DNA of 64,000 bases from Candidatus Rifleibacteriota bacterium (GTDB taxonomy: Bacteria > Muiribacteriota > Ozemobacteria > Ozemobacterales > Ozemobacteraceae). Location: contig JAAYVD010000014.1 of NCBI GenBank assembly GCA_012517355.1, positions 17,264 to 81,263 of the forward strand, written 5' to 3'. A program made the position numbers and the translations under genes. Below are positions 45,250 to 53,922 of this stretch, one piece after another. Within the stretch, counting starts at the first letter, position 1. Each line of letters begins with the position of its first letter. The notes below the pieces were generated by a model. That model had not been told where the DNA came from. It searched no databases and saw nothing but the letters and a program-made list of their open reading frames with translations.

Positions 45250-46416
45250 ATGGGCAAGTTCTTCCATGCCACCGGCCGGTTCTTCGAGTCGCTCGAGGCC
45301 TTCACCCGCGCCGCCGAGATCAAGCCGAACTACTTCGACGTGGGCGAGCGTCTCGACGAACTCCAGGACTACTTCCACCGCCTGTTCACCCTGATCACCA
45401 TGCACCAGGAACTCCTGCGGGCCCACCCGAACTATCCCGACCTCCATTACAAGATGGGCAACCTCTACCGCATGGTGGGCAAGCGCCAGGAAGCCGAGGC
45501 CGAGTTCAAGGAAGCCCTCAAGCTCAACGCCAAGTACGATCTCGCCCGCAGTGCCCTCCAGGACCTGCAGGCCACCCCGCTGTACACCATCGGGGCCACC
45601 AACATCGTCCTGGAGAAGGCCCAGGCCTCGGCCAGCGCCGAACCCGTCGAGAACTTCCAGATCGAACTCGAACTCAGCGAATTCGTCGACAGCCCGCGGG
45701 CGGCCAAGATCCTCGGCCAGTGCCTGGTCCGGGTCAAGAACATCCGCACCGGGCGGATCCTGGAAAAGGTCCTGCCCCCCGACATCATGTCCGGCAAGAC
45801 GGTTCTGCTCGACTGCACCCGGCTGGGCACCATCGCCCTGAACGACACCCTGCTGGTGCAGTTGTTCGACCAGACCACCAACACCATCCTCAACGGCCTG
45901 CCCCACAGCGTGTCGGAAGGCGAGATCCAGCGGCGCCTCTCCCGCATCGGCATTTCCCCTCTCTTCGAGGTCATCTTTGCCGACAAGACCTTCACCCCGC
46001 CGGTCCGCTACTTCCTGGTCAACTTCCAGAGCAAGGATCTGGCCGACTCGATCGCCGGCCAGAACGCCCGCTACTCCGCCCACCTGGTCAACACCAACTC
46101 CGGCGCCTCCTGCATCGGGACGGTGAACGAGGAGAACCCCGCCGAGATCAACTTCGTGCTGATGGCGATGGGGAACGAGGACGTGGTCCACCTCGGCGAC
46201 AAGCTCCGGTTCAAGATCCAGGACAAGAAGGCCAACACCATCTTCTCCATGGACTTCCCGGTGGCGCAGGTCGACATCGAGAACTTCTCCAAGTCGGTGG
46301 CCTTCGAGACCCCCGAACGCGATGGCGAACCGGTCCGGCCGCCCCGCGGTTCCGTCGACGTTGCGATGGAGTCTTCCTCTTCGGACGACGGACGGACGAT
46401 CATCAAGAAGGGATGA
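45250..46416 (+). CDS. TPR plus beta-rich C-terminal domain protein, in frame with and probably the continuation of 43417..45195
   Basis: Same frame as the upstream gene with no other stop between 45196 and 45249. The TPR periodicity continues across the TAG (GKFD*ALKTLELIEPKNIRVFYLMGKFF). Confidence 0.6.
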   Translation: MGKFFHATGRFFESLEAFTRAAEIKPNYFDVGERLDELQDYFHRLFTLITMHQELLRAHPNYPDLHYKMGNLYRMVGKRQEAEAEFKEALKLNAKYDLARSALQDLQATPLYTIGATNIVLEKAQASASAEPVENFQIELELSEFVDSPRAAKILGQCLVRVKNIRTGRILEKVLPPDIMSGKTVLLDCTRLGTIALNDTLLVQLFDQTTNTILNGLPHSVSEGEIQRRLSRIGISPLFEVIFADKTFTPPVRYFLVNFQSKDLADSIAGQNARYSAHLVNTNSGASCIGTVNEENPAEINFVLMAMGNEDVVHLGDKLRFKIQDKKANTIFSMDFPVAQVDIENFSKSVAFETPERDGEPVRPPRGSVDVAMESSSSDDGRTIIKKG

Positions 46417-46426
46417 GCCGCCGACC

Positions 46427-47719
46427 GTGATCCCGGGCGGGCTGTTCGCGCAGCTCCGGGAGCACCTGCAGCAAAGACTGTCCCCGCGCCGGTGGCTGGG
46501 CCCCTGGCGCGGGGATCTTCTTTCCGCCGCCGCCATCGTGGCGGTCGGCAAGGCCGCCCCGGCCTTTGCCGACGCCGTGGCCCGGGAGCCGGGATTGTTC
46601 GCCCGCGGATTCGCGGTGGGGCCCGGCGGCGGGGGTGCGGCGACCGCGGGCGACCGGGCGCCGGCCCGCTGGACCTTCTGGGCCGGGGATCACCCGGTTC
46701 CCGGCCCGGGATCGCTGGCCGCGGCCAGGGGCCTGGAACGGGCCCTGGCCGCGGTGGACGGGCCGGGGGCGGTGGTGGTCCTGATGAGCGGGGGCGGTTC
46801 GGCCCTGCTGGCCGCCCCGGCGGTGGGCCTGACCATGGAGGAAAAGGCGGCCGCCCATGCGGCCCTGGTGCGGTCGGGGCGGTCCATCGTCGAGATCAAT
46901 GTGGTGCGGCGGCACCTTTCGGCGGTCAAGGGGGGCGGCTTGCTCCGTCCGTTGCTCGCTCAGGGCCGGCCGGTCCTGGTGCTGGCCTTGTCGGACGTTC
47001 CGGGCGACCGTTTGCACGATATCGGGTCGGGGCCCTTCTGCCCCGACCCCACCACGTTCGACGAAGCCCTGGCCGTCAGCCGGGCCATCCCCGGCCTTCC
47101 GGCGGCGGCCCTGGCATTGCTCGAGCGGGGTGCCCGGGGGGAAACGGCCGAAACCCTGAAGCCGGGCGAGGTTCCCGCCGGATTCTGGCAGGGTGAGATC
47201 CTGGCCAACCAGGAGACGGCCCTGGCCGAACTGGAATCATGGTTGCAGGAGCGGGGCGAGGCGACCGACCGATTGCCCTGGACCCTGGCGGGCCCCCCCG
47301 GGGAATGGGCCCAACGGCTGGCCGCTGCGGCCAGGGCCGGCGAGGTGCCGCCCGATCGTTGGCTGCTGGCGCGGGGGGAAACGGAAGTGGCCATGCCCCC
47401 GGGAGTGGTTCCCGGGCGGGGCGGCCGCGCCTCGACGCTGGTTCTTGAGATGGCTCTGGCCCTGAGGGGCGCGGGGTTCCGGTTCGGCGTGGGGGCTCTG
47501 GCCACCGATGGAAGGGACGGAAACTCGGGCACCGCCGGGGGCTGGCTCACCGCGGATGACCTGGACCCGGCGGAAGCGGTCGGCGAGATGGTTGAGGCCT
47601 TGGGGCGTTTCGATGCGGGAGGGTTCCTGGACCGTCGTGGCCGCTCCTGGCCGGCGGCTTCCACCGGCACGAACCTCGGCGACCTGCTGATGGTGAAGAT
47701 CCGCGCCGGAACCCCGTGA
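46427..47719 (+). CDS. Glycerate 2-kinase / hydroxypyruvate reductase family protein (DUF4147 + MOFRL)
   Basis: Motifs VAVGKAA, LMSGGGSALL and INVVRRHLSAVKGG; C-terminal MOFRL GTDGRDG. GTG start at 46427 is chosen to avoid overlap, and the start is uncertain. Confidence 0.75.
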   Translation: MIPGGLFAQLREHLQQRLSPRRWLGPWRGDLLSAAAIVAVGKAAPAFADAVAREPGLFARGFAVGPGGGGAATAGDRAPARWTFWAGDHPVPGPGSLAAARGLERALAAVDGPGAVVVLMSGGGSALLAAPAVGLTMEEKAAAHAALVRSGRSIVEINVVRRHLSAVKGGGLLRPLLAQGRPVLVLALSDVPGDRLHDIGSGPFCPDPTTFDEALAVSRAIPGLPAAALALLERGARGETAETLKPGEVPAGFWQGEILANQETALAELESWLQERGEATDRLPWTLAGPPGEWAQRLAAAARAGEVPPDRWLLARGETEVAMPPGVVPGRGGRASTLVLEMALALRGAGFRFGVGALATDGRDGNSGTAGGWLTADDLDPAEAVGEMVEALGRFDAGGFLDRRGRSWPAASTGTNLGDLLMVKIRAGTP

Positions 47720-47902
47720 CCCCGGCGGTTCCCGTCCTCCCAGGGGCTCCCCCACCCTGCCGTCAGCCGCCAGGGGACCGATTCCGGTGGACCCCTTGGC
47801 GATGCGCGAAGCTGGCGTTTTGCGCCGCCATCCGTGGCGGCAAGGGGGAATGGCCGACGTGATGTCGGTCTGGGCCAGGGCAGGTGGACGCCGGACCCTC
47901 CC

Positions 47903-48916
47903 CTACGAGGGTGACCTGGGCGGGGGTTCCGCCGGGGTTGGAAGGGGGCCGGGGGGCTGGAGGACGGAGGCCACGGCCGTGGCCATCCCCGCGGCCAGGG
48001 CCGCGCCGCGCACGAACAGGAAGAGCGGGATCCACGGCAGGAGGTCGGGGGCCAGCCGCCGTGCCAGGCGGGCCAGCGGAAGGCAGGCGGCCAGCCAGGC
48101 GGCCAGCCAGGGCAGCCGCCAGCGGCGCCAGAGCAAGGCGGCCGGCAGGAGGCCGACCAGGGCCAGGCTGGCCTTCAGGGTCCAGGGGGTGTAGGTGTCG
48201 CGGCCGGCTTTGCCGGGGTGGCGGCGGTAGACCTTCATGCGCCAGAACCCGCGACCGAACTTCAGGCGGGCGTAGTTCCACCAGCCTTCGCGGTGGCGGT
48301 GCCAGACGATCGCGGCGGGGGTGAACACGAAGCGTCCGCCGCGGGCCTTGACCCGGAAGGACAGGTCGACGTCCTCGTTGTCGGCCCGGGGGAAGGAGGT
48401 GTCGAATCCCCCGACGGCCAGGAGATCGGCGCGACGGAAGGCGCCGGCATAGGTGTCGACGAAATCGATGTCGGCGTGGCGGGCGAGCAGTTCGTAGCGT
48501 TCCTCGAACTCGAGCTGGGCGAGGCGGGCCCAGCGGTCGTCCTGGGCGGAGCGGTAGACGCCCTTGGTGCCGGCCACCGCGGGGTCGGCGAAGGGGGCGG
48601 CCAGGGCTTCCAGCCACCCGGGTTCGGGGCGGCAGTCGCCGTCGGTGAACAGGACGAGTTCCCCGCGGGCGGCTTGAATGCCGGCGTTGCGGGCGGTGGC
48701 GGGGCCGCTGTTGCGCGGCAGCCGGTGCCAGCGCAGGTCGAGGCGGGTGGCGAAGGCGCGGCGAACCTCGTCGAGGTCGGTGGTCGAGGCGTCGTCGACC
48801 ACGACCACCTCGAAGGGGCGGGCCGTCTGCTGGGCGGCCAGGGCTTCGAGGCAGGCCCCGAGGCCGGCTGGGTTGTTGAAGACGGGGACGACGACCGAGA
48901 TGGCGGGATCAGGCAT
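47903..48916 (-). CDS. Family 2 glycosyltransferase with a C-terminal membrane region
   Basis: ISVVVPVFN, VVVVDDAST and TDGD (DxD). Hydrophobic C-terminus. Confidence 0.8.
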   Translation of the reverse strand: MPDPAISVVVPVFNNPAGLGACLEALAAQQTARPFEVVVVDDASTTDLDEVRRAFATRLDLRWHRLPRNSGPATARNAGIQAARGELVLFTDGDCRPEPGWLEALAAPFADPAVAGTKGVYRSAQDDRWARLAQLEFEERYELLARHADIDFVDTYAGAFRRADLLAVGGFDTSFPRADNEDVDLSFRVKARGGRFVFTPAAIVWHRHREGWWNYARLKFGRGFWRMKVYRRHPGKAGRDTYTPWTLKASLALVGLLPAALLWRRWRLPWLAAWLAACLPLARLARRLAPDLLPWIPLFLFVRGAALAAGMATAVASVLQPPGPLPTPAEPPPRSPS

Positions 48917-50369
48917 CGCGGAACAGGTGACCGAGGAAGGTGCGGGCCGAGCGCAGGATGCGGTGGCGCTCTCCGGCGTCGGTCAGCAGCCGGCCCAGGG
49001 TGTACCACAGATAGGATTTCCGCAGGTAGAACCGGCGGCGGGCGAAGTTGCAGAACCGGACGAGGGTGGCGGGGCCGGCATCGGCGGTGCGCACCACGCA
49101 CTGGTGGAGACCTTCCGGCGACAGCCAGTCACGCCAGGTGCGGGCGACGAGATGGCCGGCCGCCTCGGCCTCGCGGTAGGCGCGGGTTCCGGGGTAGACC
49201 ATGAGGGGGTAGAACTGCGCCGTGTCGAGGGGCAGGCGGAGGGCGAACTGGAGGGTCTCCTGCATGGTGGCCTTGCTTTCGCCGGGCAGTCCGACCATGA
49301 AGCAGCCGTGGATCTTGACCCCGGCGCGGCGGGCCTGGCGGGCGAACTCCTCCATGGTGGCCAGGGTGTTGCCCTTGCCGGCCCGGTCGAGCAGGGCCTG
49401 GCTGCCCGACTCGAATCCCACGCAGAGGGCCCGGAGCCCGGAATCCCGCATGGCGACGAGGGTCTCGTAGTCCACGTCGGCCCGGGCGTTGGCCGTCCAG
49501 GAGAGCGGCAGGTGCAGGGCCTGCAGCCGGGCGGCGAATTCCCGCACCCGCGACTGGTCGGCGGTGAAGGTGTCATCCTCGATGAAGATGCCGCGCACCT
49601 GGGGCAGGTTGGTCGCCACCCAGCGGAACTCATCCAGCACCGAGTCGATCGACCGGCGGCGGTAGGCGTGCCCGGTGAGGGTCTGGGGGAAGACGCAGAA
49701 GCTGCAGTGGAAGGGGCAGCCGCGCCCGGTCAGGATGGTGACCATGGGGTGGTGGGCATTGGGGTTGAAATACCGGTCGATCGGGAGGAAGTCGCGGTAG
49801 ATCTCAGAGACGAAGGGGAGCGCGTCGAGGTCTTCGAGGAATTCGCGGCGTGGGGCGGCCGGGTGGCCCGGCACGGCCACGCCTTCCAGGCCGGCCAGGG
49901 GGCGGCCGGCGGCGAGGGCGGCCAGGATCTCGCGCAGGGGGACCTCGAACTCGCCGACGATGACCCCGTCGAGGGTTGGGGCCTGGGCGAGGGCCGGCTC
50001 GGGGAGGGCCGAGACGTGGGTGCCCACGGCGAACACGCGGGCCGCGGGGCGGCGTTCTTTGAGCCTTGTGGCGAAGGCGAGGTCGTTGTCGAGACTGGGG
50101 GTGGCGCCCTCCACCAATACCACATCTGGCGAGAAAGTACAAACCTCATTCAGGCTCTCCTCCTCGGTGCGGCGCGCTGCCACGGCGTCGTGGAGCAGCA
50201 CCTGGTGGCCCTGTCCACGGGCCCAGGCGGCGGCGTAGGCCAGCCAGATGGGGTAGTAGATGGTGCCGCTGCGGGTGACGGCGGGTGACCGCTGGCCGCG
50301 CGAGTAGTCGGGCAGGAAGGGCGGGTTGACGAAGGCGACCCGGAAGGGGTGGGCGGGGGCGGGGTTCAT
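48909..50369 (-). CDS. B12-binding-domain radical SAM protein
   Basis: N-terminal Rossmann-like B12-binding region (VAFVNPPF...), GRGCPFHCSFC cluster motif, and a TIM-barrel remainder. Confidence 0.85.
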   Translation of the reverse strand: MNPAPAHPFRVAFVNPPFLPDYSRGQRSPAVTRSGTIYYPIWLAYAAAWARGQGHQVLLHDAVAARRTEEESLNEVCTFSPDVVLVEGATPSLDNDLAFATRLKERRPAARVFAVGTHVSALPEPALAQAPTLDGVIVGEFEVPLREILAALAAGRPLAGLEGVAVPGHPAAPRREFLEDLDALPFVSEIYRDFLPIDRYFNPNAHHPMVTILTGRGCPFHCSFCVFPQTLTGHAYRRRSIDSVLDEFRWVATNLPQVRGIFIEDDTFTADQSRVREFAARLQALHLPLSWTANARADVDYETLVAMRDSGLRALCVGFESGSQALLDRAGKGNTLATMEEFARQARRAGVKIHGCFMVGLPGESKATMQETLQFALRLPLDTAQFYPLMVYPGTRAYREAEAAGHLVARTWRDWLSPEGLHQCVVRTADAGPATLVRFCNFARRRFYLRKSYLWYTLGRLLTDAGERHRILRSARTFLGHLFRDA

Positions 50370-50488
50370 GGGGTCCTCCTGGGGAAGCGGGCGTGGAGCG
50401 GGCCGCCGGCGGGGGTTGGCCGGCCGCCCGGGGAACGGGCGGGGGTGGTCGGGAAGAACCGTGGCCGGGAGGGGGGGCGGACCGTCAT
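50366..50488 (-). CDS. Speculative 40-aa Pro/Arg-rich ORF bridging the two radical SAM genes
   Basis: MTVRPPSRPRFFPTTPARSPGGRPTPAGGPLHARFPRRTP. TGATG overlap with the upstream stop, ATGA overlap with the downstream start, and GGAG 6 nt before its ATG. The composition is also typical of an off-frame high-GC ORF. Confidence 0.25.
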   Translation of the reverse strand: MTVRPPSRPRFFPTTPARSPGGRPTPAGGPLHARFPRRTP

Positions 50489-51474
50489 CAGGGGCTCCGG
50501 CGGGGCGGCGGGGAGGATGGTTCGGGCACGCCGTACCGGCGGCGCAGCCAGGAGCCGAGGTCTTCCTTGATCAGCCAGTACTCGCAGGGCCCGCAGATGG
50601 CGGTGCGCCGGTAGTCGCCTTCGATGTGGGCGCGCCGCAACCGGCGCAGGGCCGGTCCGTTCCAGATGGCGGCGAAGCCGCCTTCCCCCACCCTCCCGAG
50701 GTCGCCTTCCAGGTTGAAGTCGATGCAGCAGGGGGAGACGCGGCCGTCGGCGTTGACGACCCCGGTGTACCAGAGCAGGGCGCAGGGGTAGCGGGGCCGG
50801 CCGCCGTAGGCGCGCTCGTCCTTCACGGCACCCAGCCAGGTATGGTAGGGGGTGATGTCGACGAAGTCGGCCTTTCCCTCCCACTGGTGGCGGAAGGCCT
50901 CGATCTCGGTCTCGTGGCCCTGCCGGGCCACCAGGCGGGCCTTGATCTCGGGGAACCGCCAGCCGTGGCGGCGCTTGAGGGCGAGGGCCCGCTCGACGTT
51001 GGCCACGACTCGGTCGTAGGCGTCGAGGCCCTTCAGGGCCTGGTAGTCGGTCGGGTTGGTCGCGTCGATGCTGACGATCAGGTCGTGCAGGCCGGCCTCC
51101 GCGAGGGCGGCGAAGCGGTCTTCGGTCAGGAGGGTGCCGTTGGTGATGACCGACAGGCGTCGCGCGGCGCGGACTTCGCGGAGGAGGGCGACCATCTCGG
51201 CCAGGCGCGGGTGGCAGAGGGGTTCCCCGTCTTTCTGCAGGAAGACCTTGAGGATCGGGCCGTGGCGTCCCAGTTCGTCGGCCAGGCGCTCGAACAGACC
51301 CCAGTCGAGGTCGGTCACCGGCCGGTGGCTGATGGCGCGCGGGCACATGCGGCAGGCCAGGTTGCAGCGGTTGGTCGGCTCGATGTTGAGGATGAGGGGG
51401 AACCGGAGGGGCAGGGTCCACTTGAGGTAGAGGGTCCGCAGGCCCATCCAGCGTTTGAAACGGTCGAGGTCCAT
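50488..51474 (-). CDS. Radical SAM protein with a SPASM-type C-terminal domain
   Basis: NIEPTNRCNLACRMCPR (CxxxCxxC), plus a C-terminal Cys cluster CALLWY...SPCCIDF...ICGPCEYW. Confidence 0.85.
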   Translation of the reverse strand: MDLDRFKRWMGLRTLYLKWTLPLRFPLILNIEPTNRCNLACRMCPRAISHRPVTDLDWGLFERLADELGRHGPILKVFLQKDGEPLCHPRLAEMVALLREVRAARRLSVITNGTLLTEDRFAALAEAGLHDLIVSIDATNPTDYQALKGLDAYDRVVANVERALALKRRHGWRFPEIKARLVARQGHETEIEAFRHQWEGKADFVDITPYHTWLGAVKDERAYGGRPRYPCALLWYTGVVNADGRVSPCCIDFNLEGDLGRVGEGGFAAIWNGPALRRLRRAHIEGDYRRTAICGPCEYWLIKEDLGSWLRRRYGVPEPSSPPPRRSP

Positions 51475-51477
51475 GCG

Positions 51478-52404
51478 TCAGGGTTTCCGGGCCCGCTCGA
51501 TGTGGCCCTTCCCGAACCCTCCCAGCAGGGCGTCGAGCACGGCCTTGCCGAGGGAGACGACCGACCAGAAGGAGCCGGCGCGGGCGAAGATGCGGATGGC
51601 CTTCCAGAGGTGGAAGGCGTAGAACTTCGGCAGGTCGGCGAGGCGGCCGTGTTTCCACCAGAAGAGAAGCTTGTTGCGGGCGGTGTAGTAGATCATCATC
51701 GGGCTGTGCACACCGACCGCCTGGGTGACCTTGTGGAAGAGGTGGGCGTCCGGCACCAGCCAGACCTGCCAGCCGGCCCGTTCCATGCGGTGACACCAGT
51801 CCACCTCGTCGTGGTAGATGAAGAAGCGCTCGTCGAACAGGCCCAGGGTGTCGATGACGGCGCGGCGCACCAGCAGGGCGCACCCGTGGATGTACCCGAC
51901 GCGGCGGGGGCGGTGCAGACCCGGGTCGGCCTTGCCGCGCAGGATCGGCGGGAACCACATGAGGTCGGGGAAGATGCGGCCCCCCGCCGCCCAGATCCGG
52001 TCGGACGGCTCGAAGTAGAAGATGAGCGGTCCGCAGGCGCCGGCGCGGGGGTGGGCGTCCATGAAGGCGACGAGGCGGGCGAGGCAGTCGGGCTCGAGGT
52101 CGATGTCGTTGTTGACGAACATCACGTACTCGAGGGCGGGATCGCGCAGGAGGATCTCCGCTCCCCGGTTGTTGGCGGCGCAGAACCCCAGGTTGTCGGG
52201 CAGGGCCAGGGTCTCGACCCAGGGGAACCGCTCCCGGACAGCCTCGATGGTGCCGTCGCGGCTGCCGTTGTCGACGAGCAGCACCCGCGGCCGGGGCGCC
52301 TCGACCCGCTCCAGGGCGGCCAGGCCCTCCAGCGTCATTTCGCGCTGGTTCCAGGTGAGCATCACCAGAGCGAGGCGGGAAGAGGTGGCGGGGGAAGGGG
52401 TCAT
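51478..52404 (-). CDS. Family 2 glycosyltransferase
   Basis: LVMLTWNQ, LLVDNGSRDGT, NLGFCAANNRG, and NNDIDL (DxD-like). Confidence 0.85.
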   Translation of the reverse strand: MTPSPATSSRLALVMLTWNQREMTLEGLAALERVEAPRPRVLLVDNGSRDGTIEAVRERFPWVETLALPDNLGFCAANNRGAEILLRDPALEYVMFVNNDIDLEPDCLARLVAFMDAHPRAGACGPLIFYFEPSDRIWAAGGRIFPDLMWFPPILRGKADPGLHRPRRVGYIHGCALLVRRAVIDTLGLFDERFFIYHDEVDWCHRMERAGWQVWLVPDAHLFHKVTQAVGVHSPMMIYYTARNKLLFWWKHGRLADLPKFYAFHLWKAIRIFARAGSFWSVVSLGKAVLDALLGGFGKGHIERARKP

Positions 52405-52414
52405 GCGCCGGGTC

Positions 52415-52708
52415 TCAGACCTCCGCGAGAATCGTGTCGAGGGGCGGGCGGTTGCCGGGAAATCCGGGGCGCGGTCCGGGGAAGGTGCGGCCGGCGAGGT
52501 AGAGGTTCTCCACCAGCGACACCTCGAACAGGCGCCAGCACGGAACCCGTCCTGACTTGCTCTGGCCCGCCGTCTGGTAACCCCAGAGCTCCTCTTCGCC
52601 CTTGGCGTTCACGCCGTAGACGTGGGGCTCCACCTCCCGGTGCAGGCTCTCGTAATAGAAGCAGATCACCTGGCGGTTCTTGACGGCGTCCAACAGTTCC
52701 TGGTTCAT
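52415..52708 (-). CDS. Small stand-alone WYL-like domain protein (tentative)
   Basis: Internal ATG (52706-52708) after GAGGAGG. VICFYYESLHREVEPHVYGVNAKGEEELWGYQ...WRLFEVSLVENL follows the WYL-domain pattern (Y..g..R.v.P..l....WYL.gy....R.F.l.rI). Assigned from memory only. Confidence 0.45.
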   Translation of the reverse strand: MNQELLDAVKNRQVICFYYESLHREVEPHVYGVNAKGEEELWGYQTAGQSKSGRVPCWRLFEVSLVENLYLAGRTFPGPRPGFPGNRPPLDTILAEV

Positions 52709-52749
52709 CGGATCCTCCTCGTCGGGACCGGGGCGGGGCCCCGGGGCGT

Positions 52750-53913
52750 TCAGGCCAGGGCCTGGATCTCGCTGATGATGGCCTTGACCTCCTCGAGATC
52801 GGGGGAGCGGACGATGTAGCTGAAATCCCCCATGACCCCGGCCAGCAGGGAGGGGATCTCCTCGAACATGACGATGCGGTGGCCGAAGCGGCGCAGGACC
52901 TCGTCGTGGTCGAGGCGGTAGGTCTTGTGCTTGCGGCGGGCCACGTGGGCCGCGTGGTATTTGCGCTCGACGGGCGCGGGCAGCTGGCCGTGGACGATCA
53001 TGTCGGCATACATCTGGTAGACATCGACGTCGGACGAGAAGTTCATGAGGTCGGTGGAGAAGCCGCCGGGGGGCCGGCAGTTCAGCTCGAGGGGGCGCAG
53101 GGCTCCGTCGGACTTGCGGCGCAGGAATTCGAGGTGGAAGAACTTCTCCTGGATCCCGAACGACTCGATGATGCGGGTGCCGGCCGCCATCAGGTCGGCG
53201 GGAATGTCGCGGAGCGAGTAGTAGTTGAGGTCGACGTCGTAGGCCACCAGCTCGAAGCACCCGGTCTCGGAGTGATGGGACAGGCAGTAGACGATCTTGC
53301 CGTTGCGGTCACAGAGCCCATCGAAGGTGGCGAGGCGGCCGTCGACGAACTCCTCCAGGTAGTAATCGACCTGGGGGCGTGACTTGAGGAATTCCTCCAT
53401 CTGGCGGTCGTTCTCGATCTTGTAGGTGGCCGAGGCCCCGACCCCGATGTCCGGCTTGGCGAACACGGGGAACCCGACGCGGCGGGCGAAGTCCCAGGCC
53501 TGGGCGTCGGTGCGGACCAGGCCGCCGCGGTTCACGGTGACCCCGGCGGCGGCGAAGATGCCGTTCATGACCGACTTGCGCTTGATCTTCTCGAGGTCGC
53601 GCGGCCGGAACCCCGGGAGGTTGAAGTCCTCGCGCAGCGCGGCTTCCAGTCCGAGCCAGTGCTCGTTGTGCGATTCGACGCGGTCGAGGCGGCCGTGGCG
53701 GTGCGTGAAGTAGCCGCAGGCCCGCAAGACCTCGTCGTAGTTTTCGAGGCTGTCGACCTTGTAATACTCGGCCAGGGACTCGCGCAGGCGGGGGCGCAGG
53801 GAGTCGTAGGGGGCGTCGGCGATGCCCAGGACGCGGGCTCCGGTGCGGGACAGGGCGACCGCGAAGTTGTAGAAGTTGGTGGGGAAATGCGGGGAAAGGA
53901 AGACGAAGTTCAT
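52750..53913 (-). CDS. ATP-grasp fold enzyme
   Basis: Architecture: pre-ATP-grasp N-domain, FPVFAKPDIGVGA, YYLEEFVDG and HLEFLR...LELNCRPPGG (Mg/ATP site). Confidence 0.75.
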   Translation of the reverse strand: MNFVFLSPHFPTNFYNFAVALSRTGARVLGIADAPYDSLRPRLRESLAEYYKVDSLENYDEVLRACGYFTHRHGRLDRVESHNEHWLGLEAALREDFNLPGFRPRDLEKIKRKSVMNGIFAAAGVTVNRGGLVRTDAQAWDFARRVGFPVFAKPDIGVGASATYKIENDRQMEEFLKSRPQVDYYLEEFVDGRLATFDGLCDRNGKIVYCLSHHSETGCFELVAYDVDLNYYSLRDIPADLMAAGTRIIESFGIQEKFFHLEFLRRKSDGALRPLELNCRPPGGFSTDLMNFSSDVDVYQMYADMIVHGQLPAPVERKYHAAHVARRKHKTYRLDHDEVLRRFGHRIVMFEEIPSLLAGVMGDFSYIVRSPDLEEVKAIISEIQALA

Positions 53914-53922
53914 GGATCCATC

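Noticed and set aside
43420-46551. 1043-aa minus-strand ORF opposite the cNMP/ParA/TPR gene
   Set aside because: It is a shadow frame with repetitive GDEVL composition. The plus strand carries clear cNMP, P-loop and TPR motifs.
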